Shown here piece after piece: positions 9,207-19,097 of a stretch of DNA of 64,000 bases (position 1 is the stretch's first letter; the number at the start of each line of letters is the position of its first letter). The position numbers were made by a program, and so were the translations under genes. The notes beneath the pieces are model-generated. The model searched no databases. It saw only the letters and a list, made by a program, of their open reading frames with translations, and was not told the origin of the DNA. Origin of the DNA: an uncultured virus (IMG/VR IMGVR_UViG_3300017763_003471) (lineage: Duplodnaviria > Heunggongvirae > Uroviricota > Caudoviricetes). The DNA lies in the IMG/VR virus record IMGVR_UViG_3300017763_003471, positions 62,001 to 126,000 of that record; one strand, 5' to 3'.

Positions 9207-9586
9207 TATCTGTGGTACTTTCTTTTAAAATCTTCTATTGCGGATTTAATCGCATCTTCGGCTAAAACACTGCAATGTATTTTTACTGGAGGTAAAGATA
9301 ACTCATCTACTATGTCCATGTTTTTAATTTCTTGAGCCTCTTTCAATGTCTTACCCTTAACCATTTCAGTTACTAAACTTGAACTTGCTATTGCACTTCC
9401 GCAACCATAAGTTTTAAATTTAGCATCTTTTATAACTCCGTCTTCAACTTGTATCTGTAAACGCATTACGTCACCACATGCCGGCGCTCCTACCATCCCA
9501 GTTCCAACTTTATCTACACTGGGATCGAAACGACCTACATTACGTGGATTGTTATAATGGTCCATTACTTTTTTACTGTATGCCAT
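9206..9586 (-). CDS. iscU: Fe-S cluster scaffold IscU
   Basis: MAYSKKVMDHYNNPRNVG, GAPACGDVM, FKTYGCGSAIAS, LPPVKIHCSVLAEDAI. Confidence 0.95.
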   Translation of the reverse strand: MAYSKKVMDHYNNPRNVGRFDPSVDKVGTGMVGAPACGDVMRLQIQVEDGVIKDAKFKTYGCGSAIASSSLVTEMVKGKTLKEAQEIKNMDIVDELSLPPVKIHCSVLAEDAIKSAIEDFKRKYHR

Positions 9587-9612
9587 ATCTTTTATGTGTA
9601 GTGATAATATAG

Positions 9613-9620
9613 TATTTATA
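9613..9620 (-). promoter_or_regulatory. Late promoter TATAAATA upstream of iscU
   Basis: Exact T4 late consensus 27 nt upstream of the ATG, following a hairpin at ~9625-9651. Confidence 0.55.
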
Positions 9621-9658
9621 TGGAAATGCTCCCCTATTTCTAGGAGAGCATCATTTCT

Positions 9659-11146
9659 TTATTTGATTGTTGGTCTAATATATGTTAGTGCAATAAAGAT
9701 TACACCAGATACAATTAAACCAGGAACGATTGGTTCAACAAAGTTATACACACCAATATCATATGTGATACCAGTGAACAACTTTGATTCTTTGAAGTGT
9801 ACGAATAGTACCCAACCGATACTTGTTACTGCACCACCAATAAAACTTGCAAGTGCATGACGACCATTAGATAGTCCTCTTGCCATTCCAATGACTAGTG
9901 GTAACATACTTGCACCAATGATACCAAAGTATAATGCAGTAGCACGTGCAATAATTGCCATTTGCCCATTGAATTGAATTGTCATCCAAAGTGCTAGTAA
10001 AATAACTGCAACCATCGAACCATATGCTACTTTAAGACTTGGTGTCTTTGTAGATATAATATCATTGGCTATTGTTGTTGATAACAAATGCATCAAACTA
10101 TTAAGAGTTGTAAACGCCGCCGCCAAAATAGTTAAGAATAAAGCACTAGAAACCCATGCTGGGAACCCTGTCTTAATCCAATAAGGAACAATACTAGCAG
10201 TTCCTCCAGCCGCTTGTGCAACTGTCATACCTTCTGTAGCAAACGTATATGAGTTGGCAGAGATTGCCGCTAACATAAACGTTATGATTGCTAGACCTGG
10301 GATAATAACACCCCAATTTGCAATAGTTTTAAAACTCTTTTCATCTTTAGCCATCATCCAACGTGTTTGTAGTTGAGGTAAAGTGATAAGTCCTACTGGA
10401 ATAGTGAATACTAGTAATGTAGTAATCATTAACCAGCCTCTAGACCAAAACTCTGGCCAGCTAGTAAATCCTGTAAAACTAAGTTTACGCAATCCATCAT
10501 CTTCTGGTACTAGTAACCATGCATCTGATAAGTTATCCCAAAAACCGGGAGCCTGCATATGCACGAATACTGTGATTGCTAATACGACAAGTGACCCTGC
10601 AATGACAATGACACCTTGTACCATATCATTTTTAAGTACAGAACTCATTCCACCGTATGCGATAGTTCCAAAAACTAGAATACTAAAACCAACTACTGCT
10701 AAAGTAAAGTCAATTCCTGTAAATGCAGTAATAAATTTACCGACACCTATAAGAACTGCAACACAATAGAATGGGATCAATCCCACAGTAATGAGTGCTA
10801 GTAATTTTGAAATCATTGGTGTGTTATAATGTTTACCAATCATTTCAATATACGTTTTGGCTTTAATTTTCTTGTTAGCTTTGTATACCTTTGGACCTAT
10901 ATAAACAGTCGCAAGATATATAAGACCCACAAATGGAATAATCATTGTGAGTGGAATAGAAAATCCAATCCAACCAGCTAGACCTCCAAAGCCTATGATA
11001 GCAGACGTTGAAATTAACGTTGCTCCATAAGAAAGCCCAAGGTTCATATTGCTATCTGATGTTGTCAGAAAGTAATTATCCCCTTTAGACTTGTAGGCTA
11101 CAAATCCTACGGCTACAATGAATAGTAGCATTAATGTTATGTTCAT
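9659..11146 (-). CDS. Sodium:solute symporter (SSS family)
   Basis: ~13 hydrophobic segments; LSYGATLISTSAIIGFGG, YGGMSSVLKNDMVQG, PQLQTRWM, ILAAAFTTLNS. Confidence 0.85.
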   Translation of the reverse strand: MNITLMLLFIVAVGFVAYKSKGDNYFLTTSDSNMNLGLSYGATLISTSAIIGFGGLAGWIGFSIPLTMIIPFVGLIYLATVYIGPKVYKANKKIKAKTYIEMIGKHYNTPMISKLLALITVGLIPFYCVAVLIGVGKFITAFTGIDFTLAVVGFSILVFGTIAYGGMSSVLKNDMVQGVIVIAGSLVVLAITVFVHMQAPGFWDNLSDAWLLVPEDDGLRKLSFTGFTSWPEFWSRGWLMITTLLVFTIPVGLITLPQLQTRWMMAKDEKSFKTIANWGVIIPGLAIITFMLAAISANSYTFATEGMTVAQAAGGTASIVPYWIKTGFPAWVSSALFLTILAAAFTTLNSLMHLLSTTIANDIISTKTPSLKVAYGSMVAVILLALWMTIQFNGQMAIIARATALYFGIIGASMLPLVIGMARGLSNGRHALASFIGGAVTSIGWVLFVHFKESKLFTGITYDIGVYNFVEPIVPGLIVSGVIFIALTYIRPTIK

Positions 11147-11179
11147 AAATTGTCCTCCTTAGACATTTCTTATATTTTT

Positions 11180-11256
11180 TGGCGGGAGTGAAGGGACTCG
11201 AACCCTCGGCCTCTTGCGTGACAGGCAAGCGTTCTAACCAACTGAACTACACCCCC
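11180..11256 (-). tRNA. tRNA-Asp(GTC), CCA encoded
   Basis: Cloverleaf; anticodon arm CTTGC-CTGTCAC-GCAAG; GGTTCGAGT; ends GCCA. Confidence 0.95.
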
Positions 11257-11315
11257 AATAATCTAATGATTATTAAGAGTAAATTATATCATACTTTAGT
11301 AGTAAAAGTCAATAC

Positions 11316-11510
11316 TTATTTGACTTGAATTTCTACTTCTCTTGTTGTTTTTACGGGAATACAGTCTATTGTTGCATTTTTGTGAGTAACTAAGACTGAG
11401 GCCGTTGATAATTCTTCTACACAGGCATCTAATGTATCAAACGTGTCTATGTGATAATAGTCCATGTTTTGATTTCCTGCTAATTGTAACCATATGAGTA
11501 TCCATACCAT
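11316..11510 (-). CDS. Small hypothetical protein
   Basis: 64 aa, AGGAGAGG RBS. Confidence 0.55.
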   Translation of the reverse strand: MVWILIWLQLAGNQNMDYYHIDTFDTLDACVEELSTASVLVTHKNATIDCIPVKTTREVEIQVK

Positions 11511-11530
11511 ATTCCTCTCCTTTTATGTTA

Positions 11531-11606
11531 TGGTGGAGCATGAGGGAGTCGAACCCACGACCTCCTGAATGCAAATCAGGCGCTCTCCCAACTGAGCTAA
11601 TGCCCC
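11531..11606 (-). tRNA. tRNA-Ala(TGC), CCA encoded
   Basis: GGGGCAT acceptor with G3:U70; anticodon arm CCTGA-TTTGCAT-TCAGG. Confidence 0.95.
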
Positions 11607-11613
11607 TTAGAAA

Positions 11614-11688
11614 TGGAGCGGGCGATGAGATTCGAACTCACGACAACCTCGTTGGCAACGAGGGACTCTACCACTGAGTTACGCCCGC
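11614..11688 (-). tRNA. tRNA-Gly(GCC), CCA encoded
   Basis: GCGGGCG acceptor; CCTCG-TTGCCAA-CGAGG; ends TCCA. Confidence 0.95.
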
Positions 11689-11695
11689 TTTTCTA

Positions 11696-11739
11696 TTGAC
11701 TTCGTATTATTTATCATGTATAATATCAGTATATAAATA
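11696..11739 (+). promoter_or_regulatory. Sigma70 promoter plus late promoter for the plus-strand island
   Basis: TTGACT(11696)-N17-TATAAT(11719-24); TATAAATA 11732-39; divergent GATAAATA at 11708-15 toward the tRNAs. Confidence 0.6.
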
Positions 11740-11750
11740 TATTGTCAAGC

Positions 11751-12290
11751 ATGATTATTACTAAGGAACTACATATAGTAACACCCGAACTTGAAAACTT
11801 TCTAAAAACATGTGAAGCAAAAGGCTTCAACAATAATAGCACATTGGAAGATATGAAGTTTGATTGGTGTTTAGAACAAGGTGGTATGTGGCATGCAACC
11901 TACGTTGATGAACGTATGGTTAGTGTCAGCGGAATACATCCATGGGCTAATGGGTGGAGAGCATTGTTTAGAGGTGTACAGACTGAAAGTAAAAAGATAG
12001 GGTTGAATAGACATCACATGCAAAGTTATTGCTTTCATAGTCAGCTACCATATCAAATAGATTATGCATCAAGTAAAGAAACAGATTTAGATAACCTATT
12101 CATTTATATCACTACAAATACTGAACATGATGCAAGTGGAAAGATGAATAGAATTGATAAAACATTTTATCATTTAGAAAAGATAGACCTAGTTAAGAAC
12201 TTAGGTGTAAGTGAAATTTTTAGTGTTAATCAAAACACATGGATATTAAACGTAGAAAAATATAATGAAATTAGAAGACAGTATAACTAA
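11751..12290 (+). CDS. Hypothetical protein, possible GNAT-like fold
   Basis: MIITKEL start; MVSVSGIH...WRALFRG pattern; first gene of a coupled island. Confidence 0.45.
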   Translation: MIITKELHIVTPELENFLKTCEAKGFNNNSTLEDMKFDWCLEQGGMWHATYVDERMVSVSGIHPWANGWRALFRGVQTESKKIGLNRHHMQSYCFHSQLPYQIDYASSKETDLDNLFIYITTNTEHDASGKMNRIDKTFYHLEKIDLVKNLGVSEIFSVNQNTWILNVEKYNEIRRQYN

Positions 12291-12975
12291 AAACGAATTT
12301 GATGATATGATTATGGAGGGCTGTATACTACAAAGTAGTGGTTCAACAGGTACTCCTAAGAATATCTTTCAGCCACCAGAAAAGTTAAGATATGCGAATG
12401 CTATTGCTAGAGAAGTGCAAGGCATAGATAAGGACAGTAAGATATTAACCGTATGTACATTAAAACATGCAGGTGGATTACTGGCACAAACATTACCAGG
12501 TTATGAAGTCAATGCAGAAATTGAAGTAGAAAAGTTTAATGCATTTTCTTGGGTAAGAAAGATAAAAGATTTTACGCACAGTCACTTAACACCTGATATG
12601 GCAAGAGCGATAATGAAGACAAAGAGTTTCGATAGTCTAAACTTAGAAGATAAAATCATTATGTGTGGCAGTGACAGAGTACAAAGTGGCATTATACAAA
12701 ACTTTATTGATAGAGGTGCAATCTTTATTGTTAATTGGGGTATGACAGAAGTTGGTCCAGTTGCAATCAATAGAACATTTGTGCCTGGTATAAAAGTACA
12801 GACAACAGAAACAATAATGGGTAGTGAAACTCATTGTGATACAAAGATTGTCGATGGTGAACTATATGTAAAAGGTGACATATGTGTTTATGACGATTGG
12901 TTTGCTACAGGCGACATAGTTGCAAAAGAAGATGGTCACTATTATTATATGGGAAGAAAGAGTGTTAGACGGTAG
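12265..12975 (+). CDS. Short AMP-binding (ANL adenylation) enzyme
   Basis: QSSGSTGTPK, WGMTEVGP, GELYVKG, WFATGD, YYMGR; only 236 aa. Confidence 0.8.
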   Translation: MKLEDSITKNEFDDMIMEGCILQSSGSTGTPKNIFQPPEKLRYANAIAREVQGIDKDSKILTVCTLKHAGGLLAQTLPGYEVNAEIEVEKFNAFSWVRKIKDFTHSHLTPDMARAIMKTKSFDSLNLEDKIIMCGSDRVQSGIIQNFIDRGAIFIVNWGMTEVGPVAINRTFVPGIKVQTTETIMGSETHCDTKIVDGELYVKGDICVYDDWFATGDIVAKEDGHYYYMGRKSVRR

Positions 12976-13717
12976 TAGATTAATATTCATATCATTTGAA
13001 CAAGGAAACAAAGGACACAGAGTAGGTCGTGTAATATCTTGTCTACCTGATATACATTGGTATAGTCATAAAGATAATGGAATTAATCCTTGGAACATTC
13101 ATTTCAAACATACAGATATCAGACAAAGATATGCAAGTAAATATCACTATGATAGATTAGTACCAAAAGGTGCTTTACCTCCACTACATGATTACGTAAA
13201 AGATTTTATACCTGATGAAGAATATTATTACAATAGATTCTTCTATCCACGTTTTGAAAAGATGGGTGGTCGAGAATTAATGAAGAAGAATAGATTAGTT
13301 TTCTGTACACATGAACACCCGATTAAATTAAATAAAAGATTTCCTAAAGCAAAGATAATAAATCTAATAGGTGATGATTATACTATCGCCTCAAGATATA
13401 CAGAAACTACTGCACTATTCCCAGGTCATGTTAAAATGAAATGGGTAGGAGGAGAGAATACTGTATACGGTAAAAAACTGCAAACTATATCAAAAGAGTT
13501 AGGTTCTGATTTTACTGTAAGAGATATATGGGCGTGGGATAAATATAAAACAAAGTACATGGACAAATACGATGATGAATATTGGGAACATGTATACTCT
13601 CCTATTGCAGAAAGAAGTTGGGATAGAGAATCTTATAGCCATGATAACGTATTAACTATTTCGCCAAATAGATATAGTAAATGGCGAAGAATAAAGAGAT
13701 TTTTAGATGGTAGATGA
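12962..13717 (+). CDS. Sulfotransferase-like/P-loop hypothetical protein
   Basis: GTG start LDGSRLIFISFEQGNKG resembling neighbours; THE..., FPKAKII. Confidence 0.45.
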   Translation: MLDGSRLIFISFEQGNKGHRVGRVISCLPDIHWYSHKDNGINPWNIHFKHTDIRQRYASKYHYDRLVPKGALPPLHDYVKDFIPDEEYYYNRFFYPRFEKMGGRELMKKNRLVFCTHEHPIKLNKRFPKAKIINLIGDDYTIASRYTETTALFPGHVKMKWVGGENTVYGKKLQTISKELGSDFTVRDIWAWDKYKTKYMDKYDDEYWEHVYSPIAERSWDRESYSHDNVLTISPNRYSKWRRIKRFLDGR

Positions 13718-14420
13718 AAGTAAATTGATATTTTTCACAGGTGCTCCTGGAAGTAAATGGAGTGCAGTCAGTAATGTATTGTCTATGACAAAAAAGATTA
13801 ACATCAATACTACTGATAGAAATGCAGATAGAGAATATACTCACCCAACTAAGTTTAATAAGGCACAACACTTAGGAAGTTATTTCGGTACAGGTATGGA
13901 ACTAGGTGAAGGCTGGCATGAGATTAATAAGTTTACAAAACAAGAAATCTTAAATGAAATAGACAAAGCCTGGAAAGAAGAAAAGCCAACTGAATATAGA
14001 ATTGTAAAATCACATATGATATCTAACAATTTAGATTTCATTGCAGAGACTTTTCCTAAAAGTAAAATAATGATTGTATTCAGACCAATTGAAAGTTGTT
14101 ACAGAGGTTGGTTCGGAGCAGGGGGCTTCGATATAACTTATCCAAAGTATCATAATCATTACAAAGATGAAGAAACTGCACGTGAATATATTAAAGAAGA
14201 AACTAAAGATGCTAGACAATGGATATTTAACAGAAACTTAACAGTACATACTGCAACAAGTAAACATTGGAAAGACTATTGGGATATAACTGATAGTGAG
14301 AATAGATTTATAAAAAGTATAGAAGGTTATTTCTTCGAAAAGAATGATCCTAGTAGGGACGTTACGTTAGACACTCATATTGCTTATTATAACTTTGATA
14401 GGATAGATGAAAGATTATAA
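13707..14420 (+). CDS. Sulfotransferase-like protein
   Basis: IFFTGAPGSKWS, IVKSH, FPKSKIMIVFR, GGFDITYP. Confidence 0.6.
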   Translation: MVDESKLIFFTGAPGSKWSAVSNVLSMTKKININTTDRNADREYTHPTKFNKAQHLGSYFGTGMELGEGWHEINKFTKQEILNEIDKAWKEEKPTEYRIVKSHMISNNLDFIAETFPKSKIMIVFRPIESCYRGWFGAGGFDITYPKYHNHYKDEETAREYIKEETKDARQWIFNRNLTVHTATSKHWKDYWDITDSENRFIKSIEGYFFEKNDPSRDVTLDTHIAYYNFDRIDERL

Positions 14421-15511
14421 TGACAAAACTAAAATATGCAATCGTTGTACTTAAAAATGGAAATGAACACCACGATAAGATTGCTCTAAATTACACACAA
14501 TTAAGTTTAGATTATCAAGAATGTAATAGATTACCAACAGAAAATCAAGTTGATTATTATGTAATGGACAGTTACACTTACTTACATGACTATGATATTG
14601 TTATGGTTGTTAATGCTGGAACTATATTCTTGTGGGGTGCATATGAACATCATTATAAAGAAATGATAGAAGCATCAAAGCATGAGTATATACATTTTAG
14701 TGATGATGTTTGGTTTCATAAACCATTGGGCGAAGGTACAACCCATGTAAAAGCAAAGTTTATTCACAAGTTAAACACAGATAGTGCAGAAGAATTTTAT
14801 AATAGCCATGATATCATTTTAACAAGTTTAATTGATGATAGTAATATTACATATCTAATGCACAATGAAATACCAAATTACGGAAATGTAACTAAGCCAG
14901 TTGATTGGGCAATAACAGTAAGTAGTGGATTTTTCATTAACTGTATATTAGACCATCATGGGTTTAATGAGAAGTCTGTAATACATCATGTCGATATCTC
15001 AAAGATAAGTCTTCATGTTCACAAGTATACTATTGAAAATTGGGATGGAAATGATTTTGAATCATGGATAGAACATCTTAACAATAAATTTCCTAGTATG
15101 TCACTTTGGAATAGAAAGAAATTTACTAGTGAAGATAGAAAATGGAAAGTCGTATGGGAAGATGTACAGAATCATTTTGGAGACAAATGGCAAGAACACT
15201 GGAACAAATACAAAAGTTTAAATCATAAGTGGCATAGAATGAATATAAAAGATATTAGTTCTATTGATACTAATGGACAAGGAATAATATGGTGGGACGG
15301 AGCATTAAAAAGAATACCAAGTAACTTACTAAAGACAAGTAAACAGAGTTATCAAAATGCAATAGACTTCTTATGGAGATTACCAGAAGATACAATATGC
15401 TATGGGAACGACCACTGCAATTTACAATTCGATGGTATAAGTTCTAAACTAGCACTTAAAAAAGTTCTATCACACAATAGTAGAGAAAAATTATGGACGG
15501 ACAAGATTTAA
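14420..15511 (+). CDS. Hypothetical protein
   Basis: 363-aa ORF translationally coupled within the island. Confidence 0.6.
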   Translation: MTKLKYAIVVLKNGNEHHDKIALNYTQLSLDYQECNRLPTENQVDYYVMDSYTYLHDYDIVMVVNAGTIFLWGAYEHHYKEMIEASKHEYIHFSDDVWFHKPLGEGTTHVKAKFIHKLNTDSAEEFYNSHDIILTSLIDDSNITYLMHNEIPNYGNVTKPVDWAITVSSGFFINCILDHHGFNEKSVIHHVDISKISLHVHKYTIENWDGNDFESWIEHLNNKFPSMSLWNRKKFTSEDRKWKVVWEDVQNHFGDKWQEHWNKYKSLNHKWHRMNIKDISSIDTNGQGIIWWDGALKRIPSNLLKTSKQSYQNAIDFLWRLPEDTICYGNDHCNLQFDGISSKLALKKVLSHNSREKLWTDKI

Positions 15512-16194
15512 TATTGGCAACGGGTGCTCCTGGAAGTAGATGGAGTGGCACCTTACGTGCTATTAGTACTAATCCAAATATTAATATTAGTGATGAAAGA
15601 AGCGAACTAGAATACGCCAGAGACTATGTTACACCTAATGGTAAAACAAAACAGTATGGTTGGCATCGAGGTGCTTATTGGGGTCCATATCATAATCAAG
15701 GTCAAAGATTTGATAATCTACAAGATATGACAAAAGATGAAATTATAAAAGAATTCAAAAAGCCATATAAAGATTTTAACTATGGTGTTAAGATAATAAA
15801 AAGTCATTGGTTTGCATATCATCTTCCTTTACTACAAGACTTATTTCCAAAATCAAAGATTATGGCTGTGTATATGCCATCTGATTTTTGTTTTGATTGG
15901 TGGAGAAACAAAGTAGGTGGTTGGGATATATCGTATCCACATTATGATTGGTACGAAAATGATGCACGTATGATTAAACAAATTAATATAGAAAATACAA
16001 ATATAGAAAACTTCTTTGATTTACAACAACTATCAATATATGAAGTGTTTGAAAAACTTGGTCTACCATCTGAATTTAGAAGTGAAGAAGAATTAATTTC
16101 ACAAGATTCTAAATTGAAAGATTTAACTAAGAACAAAGATTATAAAAAAGTTCTGGATAACACAGTACATCGTAGTTTTACTGGTATAAAATAA
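15493..16194 (+). CDS. Sulfotransferase-like protein, paralog of 13707..14420
   Basis: LATGAPGSRWS, IIKSH, FPKSKIMAVY, GGWDISYP. Confidence 0.6.
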   Translation: MDGQDLILATGAPGSRWSGTLRAISTNPNINISDERSELEYARDYVTPNGKTKQYGWHRGAYWGPYHNQGQRFDNLQDMTKDEIIKEFKKPYKDFNYGVKIIKSHWFAYHLPLLQDLFPKSKIMAVYMPSDFCFDWWRNKVGGWDISYPHYDWYENDARMIKQINIENTNIENFFDLQQLSIYEVFEKLGLPSEFRSEEELISQDSKLKDLTKNKDYKKVLDNTVHRSFTGIK

Positions 16195-16781
16195 TGAAAG
16201 ACATACCTAACTCTGGAACATATGTAATGATGTTGAGTGGCGGACTTGATAGTGCGTTGCTCTCTTATCTAGTTCTAAAAGAGTTACCAAATACAAAGCT
16301 GGTCTTAAGTAGTGTATGTCATCAATCTTTAAATTACTATAATCTATTTAATGTAATAGCAATTACGAATTGGTTACATGCAAGATTTCCAAACAGAATT
16401 GAAGAACATTATATTGGATACTATAAAGACAGAAATGAAGCACGAAACAACAGAACCAAAACTAGAGATAGACTTATTAATAAACATCAAGCATCAGGTA
16501 TCTTAACTGGTATGACACTTAATCCCTCTGAATTAATGACAGAAGGACGTGATGAAAGTAGAGACAAAAAGCGAGAAATTAGAGTAATCTCATCACATGG
16601 GGTATATCATTATCGTCCGTTTATAAATAGTACTAAACAAACGGTAGCAGAATTATATAACGAACATAATTTACAAGACCTAGCAAACTTAACTATCAGT
16701 TGTGAAAGTGAAAGTCTGCCTAGACCATGTAAAGAATGTTGGTGGTGTAAAGAGAAGTATTGGGCTTTCGGTTACTATTAA
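16194..16781 (+). CDS. QueC-like PP-loop ATPase
   Basis: LSGGLDS; RPF...TK; TISCE...PCKECWWCKE. Confidence 0.7.
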   Translation: MKDIPNSGTYVMMLSGGLDSALLSYLVLKELPNTKLVLSSVCHQSLNYYNLFNVIAITNWLHARFPNRIEEHYIGYYKDRNEARNNRTKTRDRLINKHQASGILTGMTLNPSELMTEGRDESRDKKREIRVISSHGVYHYRPFINSTKQTVAELYNEHNLQDLANLTISCESESLPRPCKECWWCKEKYWAFGYY

Positions 16782-16796
16782 TGTAAAGGACACGAA

Positions 16797-17477
16797 ATGT
16801 CATTAGGACTAGAAGAATATAATAAGTTTCATCCAACTGTATTACAACCTCTTGATATGAAAATTGATGTAAATTTGTTTGAAGAACAAATGCATGAATA
16901 CAGATATGCATTTAGACGTTGGGGTACTAAACACACTGAATATCCAAGATATGGAGCTCCTCTCGTTAATTTAAACGGAGATATGTTCAACAATCCAGAA
17001 CCTATATGTTATCCATTAAATCAATGGAACGAAGGAAAGAAAGAAGAAGATAAAGTACGTGACCCGAAATGTACTTCACCTACTCCAATGTTATCAGAAT
17101 CATGCTTTGATCCTCTTGAACCAATTAAACCTTTTATGTATAGAAGTGCTATATTAAAGTGGCATACTACTGGACATTTTAAACCACATACAGATACTAA
17201 AATACCTAGTGATATTATTAGACTATGGGGAACCAATGATCCAGATAATATGATATTTCAATTTGATAAAGATAGAAAAACAGCCAGTCCAAGAGAAGTG
17301 GCAGAGGGTAATCTATCATATGATTTAGTAAGAGAAAAAGATATAGAAGCAGGTAGATTATATATAACAGATACACATGTAATACATGATGCAAGTTCTA
17401 TCGGTGATAACGTATATCAATTTTTTATTTCATTAAGCACTGATAGTATACCAACGTTGAAAGAGTTACTATTATGA
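16797..17477 (+). CDS. 2OG-Fe(II)/Asp-hydroxylase-like oxygenase
   Basis: FKPHTD (HxD), GRLYITDTHVIH. Confidence 0.55.
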   Translation: MSLGLEEYNKFHPTVLQPLDMKIDVNLFEEQMHEYRYAFRRWGTKHTEYPRYGAPLVNLNGDMFNNPEPICYPLNQWNEGKKEEDKVRDPKCTSPTPMLSESCFDPLEPIKPFMYRSAILKWHTTGHFKPHTDTKIPSDIIRLWGTNDPDNMIFQFDKDRKTASPREVAEGNLSYDLVREKDIEAGRLYITDTHVIHDASSIGDNVYQFFISLSTDSIPTLKELLL

Positions 17478-17893
17478 ACTACACCAAATTAGACTTACCA
17501 AAGGTACCAGATAATTTAATATTACCAATGTATGAAGTATTAAAACTTGAAAATATATTTGGTGGTAAAAGTAAGAATTATACAATACATGAATGTCAAT
17601 CTGAGTTAAGAGAATATCTACAACCCTTATTCCCCGATTGTACTAAGTTTAGATATCAAACATTAACAGAAGATATACCAGTGCATATCGATAGAGGCAG
17701 AGATTTTGCAATAAACTATATCATATCTCCAGGAGGAGATAATGTTGAGACATGCTGGTTTGAAGAAAAAACTTCACAAAATCCAATAGATACTGTCATT
17801 TTACCTAAAGAAGAATGGTATAAACTGTCAGTAAACACACATCATACAGTAAGAAATATTACAGATTGGCGTTTTGCTATCACTGTAGCATAA
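17474..17893 (+). CDS. Cupin/2OG-Fe(II)-like protein
   Basis: PVHID, AINY, HHTV, RFAITV. Confidence 0.55.
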   Translation: MNYTKLDLPKVPDNLILPMYEVLKLENIFGGKSKNYTIHECQSELREYLQPLFPDCTKFRYQTLTEDIPVHIDRGRDFAINYIISPGGDNVETCWFEEKTSQNPIDTVILPKEEWYKLSVNTHHTVRNITDWRFAITVA

Positions 17894-17927
17894 AATAGAT
17901 AAATAGTAGTATATTAGGGAGATAAAG

Positions 17928-18197
17928 ATGCCACATATACTAAGATTTAAAAATGAAGGTACTAACGAGAACGGTAACCAATGCTCAGATGAAGCACAGG
18001 TAATTTATGACCGTTATGTAGATGAAGGTAAAATACTAGAAAGAGATATTTTATCAAGTCTAGGCGGAGAGTACACTAAAATCTCTTTTGCAACAGAGGC
18101 AGACTGTGTTGCGTTTAGACAAGAAATGTCTGATATTAATGAAAGAGATACTAGTGGTGCTAATCGTTCAGGTGTTACCACATACGATGAAGATTAA
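17928..18197 (+). CDS. Small acidic protein under a late promoter
   Basis: GATAAATA 17898-17905, GGGAG RBS. Confidence 0.65.
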   Translation: MPHILRFKNEGTNENGNQCSDEAQVIYDRYVDEGKILERDILSSLGGEYTKISFATEADCVAFRQEMSDINERDTSGANRSGVTTYDED

Positions 18198-18209
18198 TAC
18201 AAGGAATTT

Positions 18210-18380
18210 ATGAGAGATACTAAATCACTTACAGGATACACTGCTAAAGTATTACGTGATACAAAAGAAAAATTACTTGCAAGATTTTTAAGAAAAGAAG
18301 TAGAGACCGGTGCAAATGGCACACAAGACTACGTTATAAAAAAAGGACGGAACAAGGGTTCAGTCGCTAAGAAAAAATAA
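18210..18380 (+). CDS. Small basic protein (56 aa)
   Basis: AAGGA RBS; MRDTKSLTGY...KEVETGANGTQDYVIKKGRNKG. Confidence 0.6.
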   Translation: MRDTKSLTGYTAKVLRDTKEKLLARFLRKEVETGANGTQDYVIKKGRNKGSVAKKK

Positions 18381-18671
18381 TCAAATTAGAGTTTTTAGAA
18401 AACCTATACCATCTATCATCAAATAAACGATATACATAAAAGTAAATCCAAATGATTTACGACTAAAAGCCGCCACCATTAATAATCCACTAGCTAGTAT
18501 GAAGAAAATGTAAGCCCAAAACATTGGAGGATTTGGGCTGTACCACATTAATATTATTGCGGCCATTAAGTTTAAGGTCATCCCACTAACCTCTGTAGTA
18601 AATCTTATCGGGTTAGTGTTGTAGTCTTCTTTGATCCATTGCAGGACCCGTTTACGTCCAATTCTCGCCAT
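18381..18671 (-). CDS. Small membrane protein
   Basis: Three hydrophobic segments. Confidence 0.6.
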   Translation of the reverse strand: MARIGRKRVLQWIKEDYNTNPIRFTTEVSGMTLNLMAAIILMWYSPNPPMFWAYIFFILASGLLMVAAFSRKSFGFTFMYIVYLMIDGIGFLKTLI

Positions 18672-18680
18672 ACATTCTAT

Positions 18681-19097
18681 TTAGCCTCTATTACCTCTTA
18701 GTGCAAAGAATAACCCACCTACCCATAGAAATACGTGAAAGTTATCATATAGAATTACGTCTAGTAGACTTTCAGGTTCGCCTACCCAGATAACACCTGT
18801 CATTATACAACAGATTGTAATACCTGAGAAACGTGTAATTAGGTCTCCTATCCAACGTATATAATCTGTGTTGAATGCTCCGCCTACGAGTAGACCTAGA
18901 CCTGCGCCTAGTTCCCCATAAGCAACAACCCACCAAACAATGTAGGGCAAGTCAAAAGACTCAGCCCCTTCCAATGTTACTGGAAACTTACTTAGACCTT
19001 GTTGAATAAACACAATGGCTAAGGGAATTCTGTATAGCCAATGAGACAAACAGAACTCCGGTAGTTTTTCACTTATGCGTTTAAGATAGTTCATCAA
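18681..19097 (-). CDS. DoxX-family membrane protein
   Basis: LYRIPLAIVFIQQGLSKF, VAYGELGAGLGLLVG, TRFSG. Confidence 0.75.
   Translation of the reverse strand: MMNYLKRISEKLPEFCLSHWLYRIPLAIVFIQQGLSKFPVTLEGAESFDLPYIVWWVVAYGELGAGLGLLVGGAFNTDYIRWIGDLITRFSGITICCIMTGVIWVGEPESLLDVILYDNFHVFLWVGGLFFALRGNRG

Noticed and set aside
16194..16781. 7-deazaguanine DNA modification pathway
   Set aside because: Only a divergent QueC-like gene is present; no folE, queD, queE or dpdA recognisable in this window.
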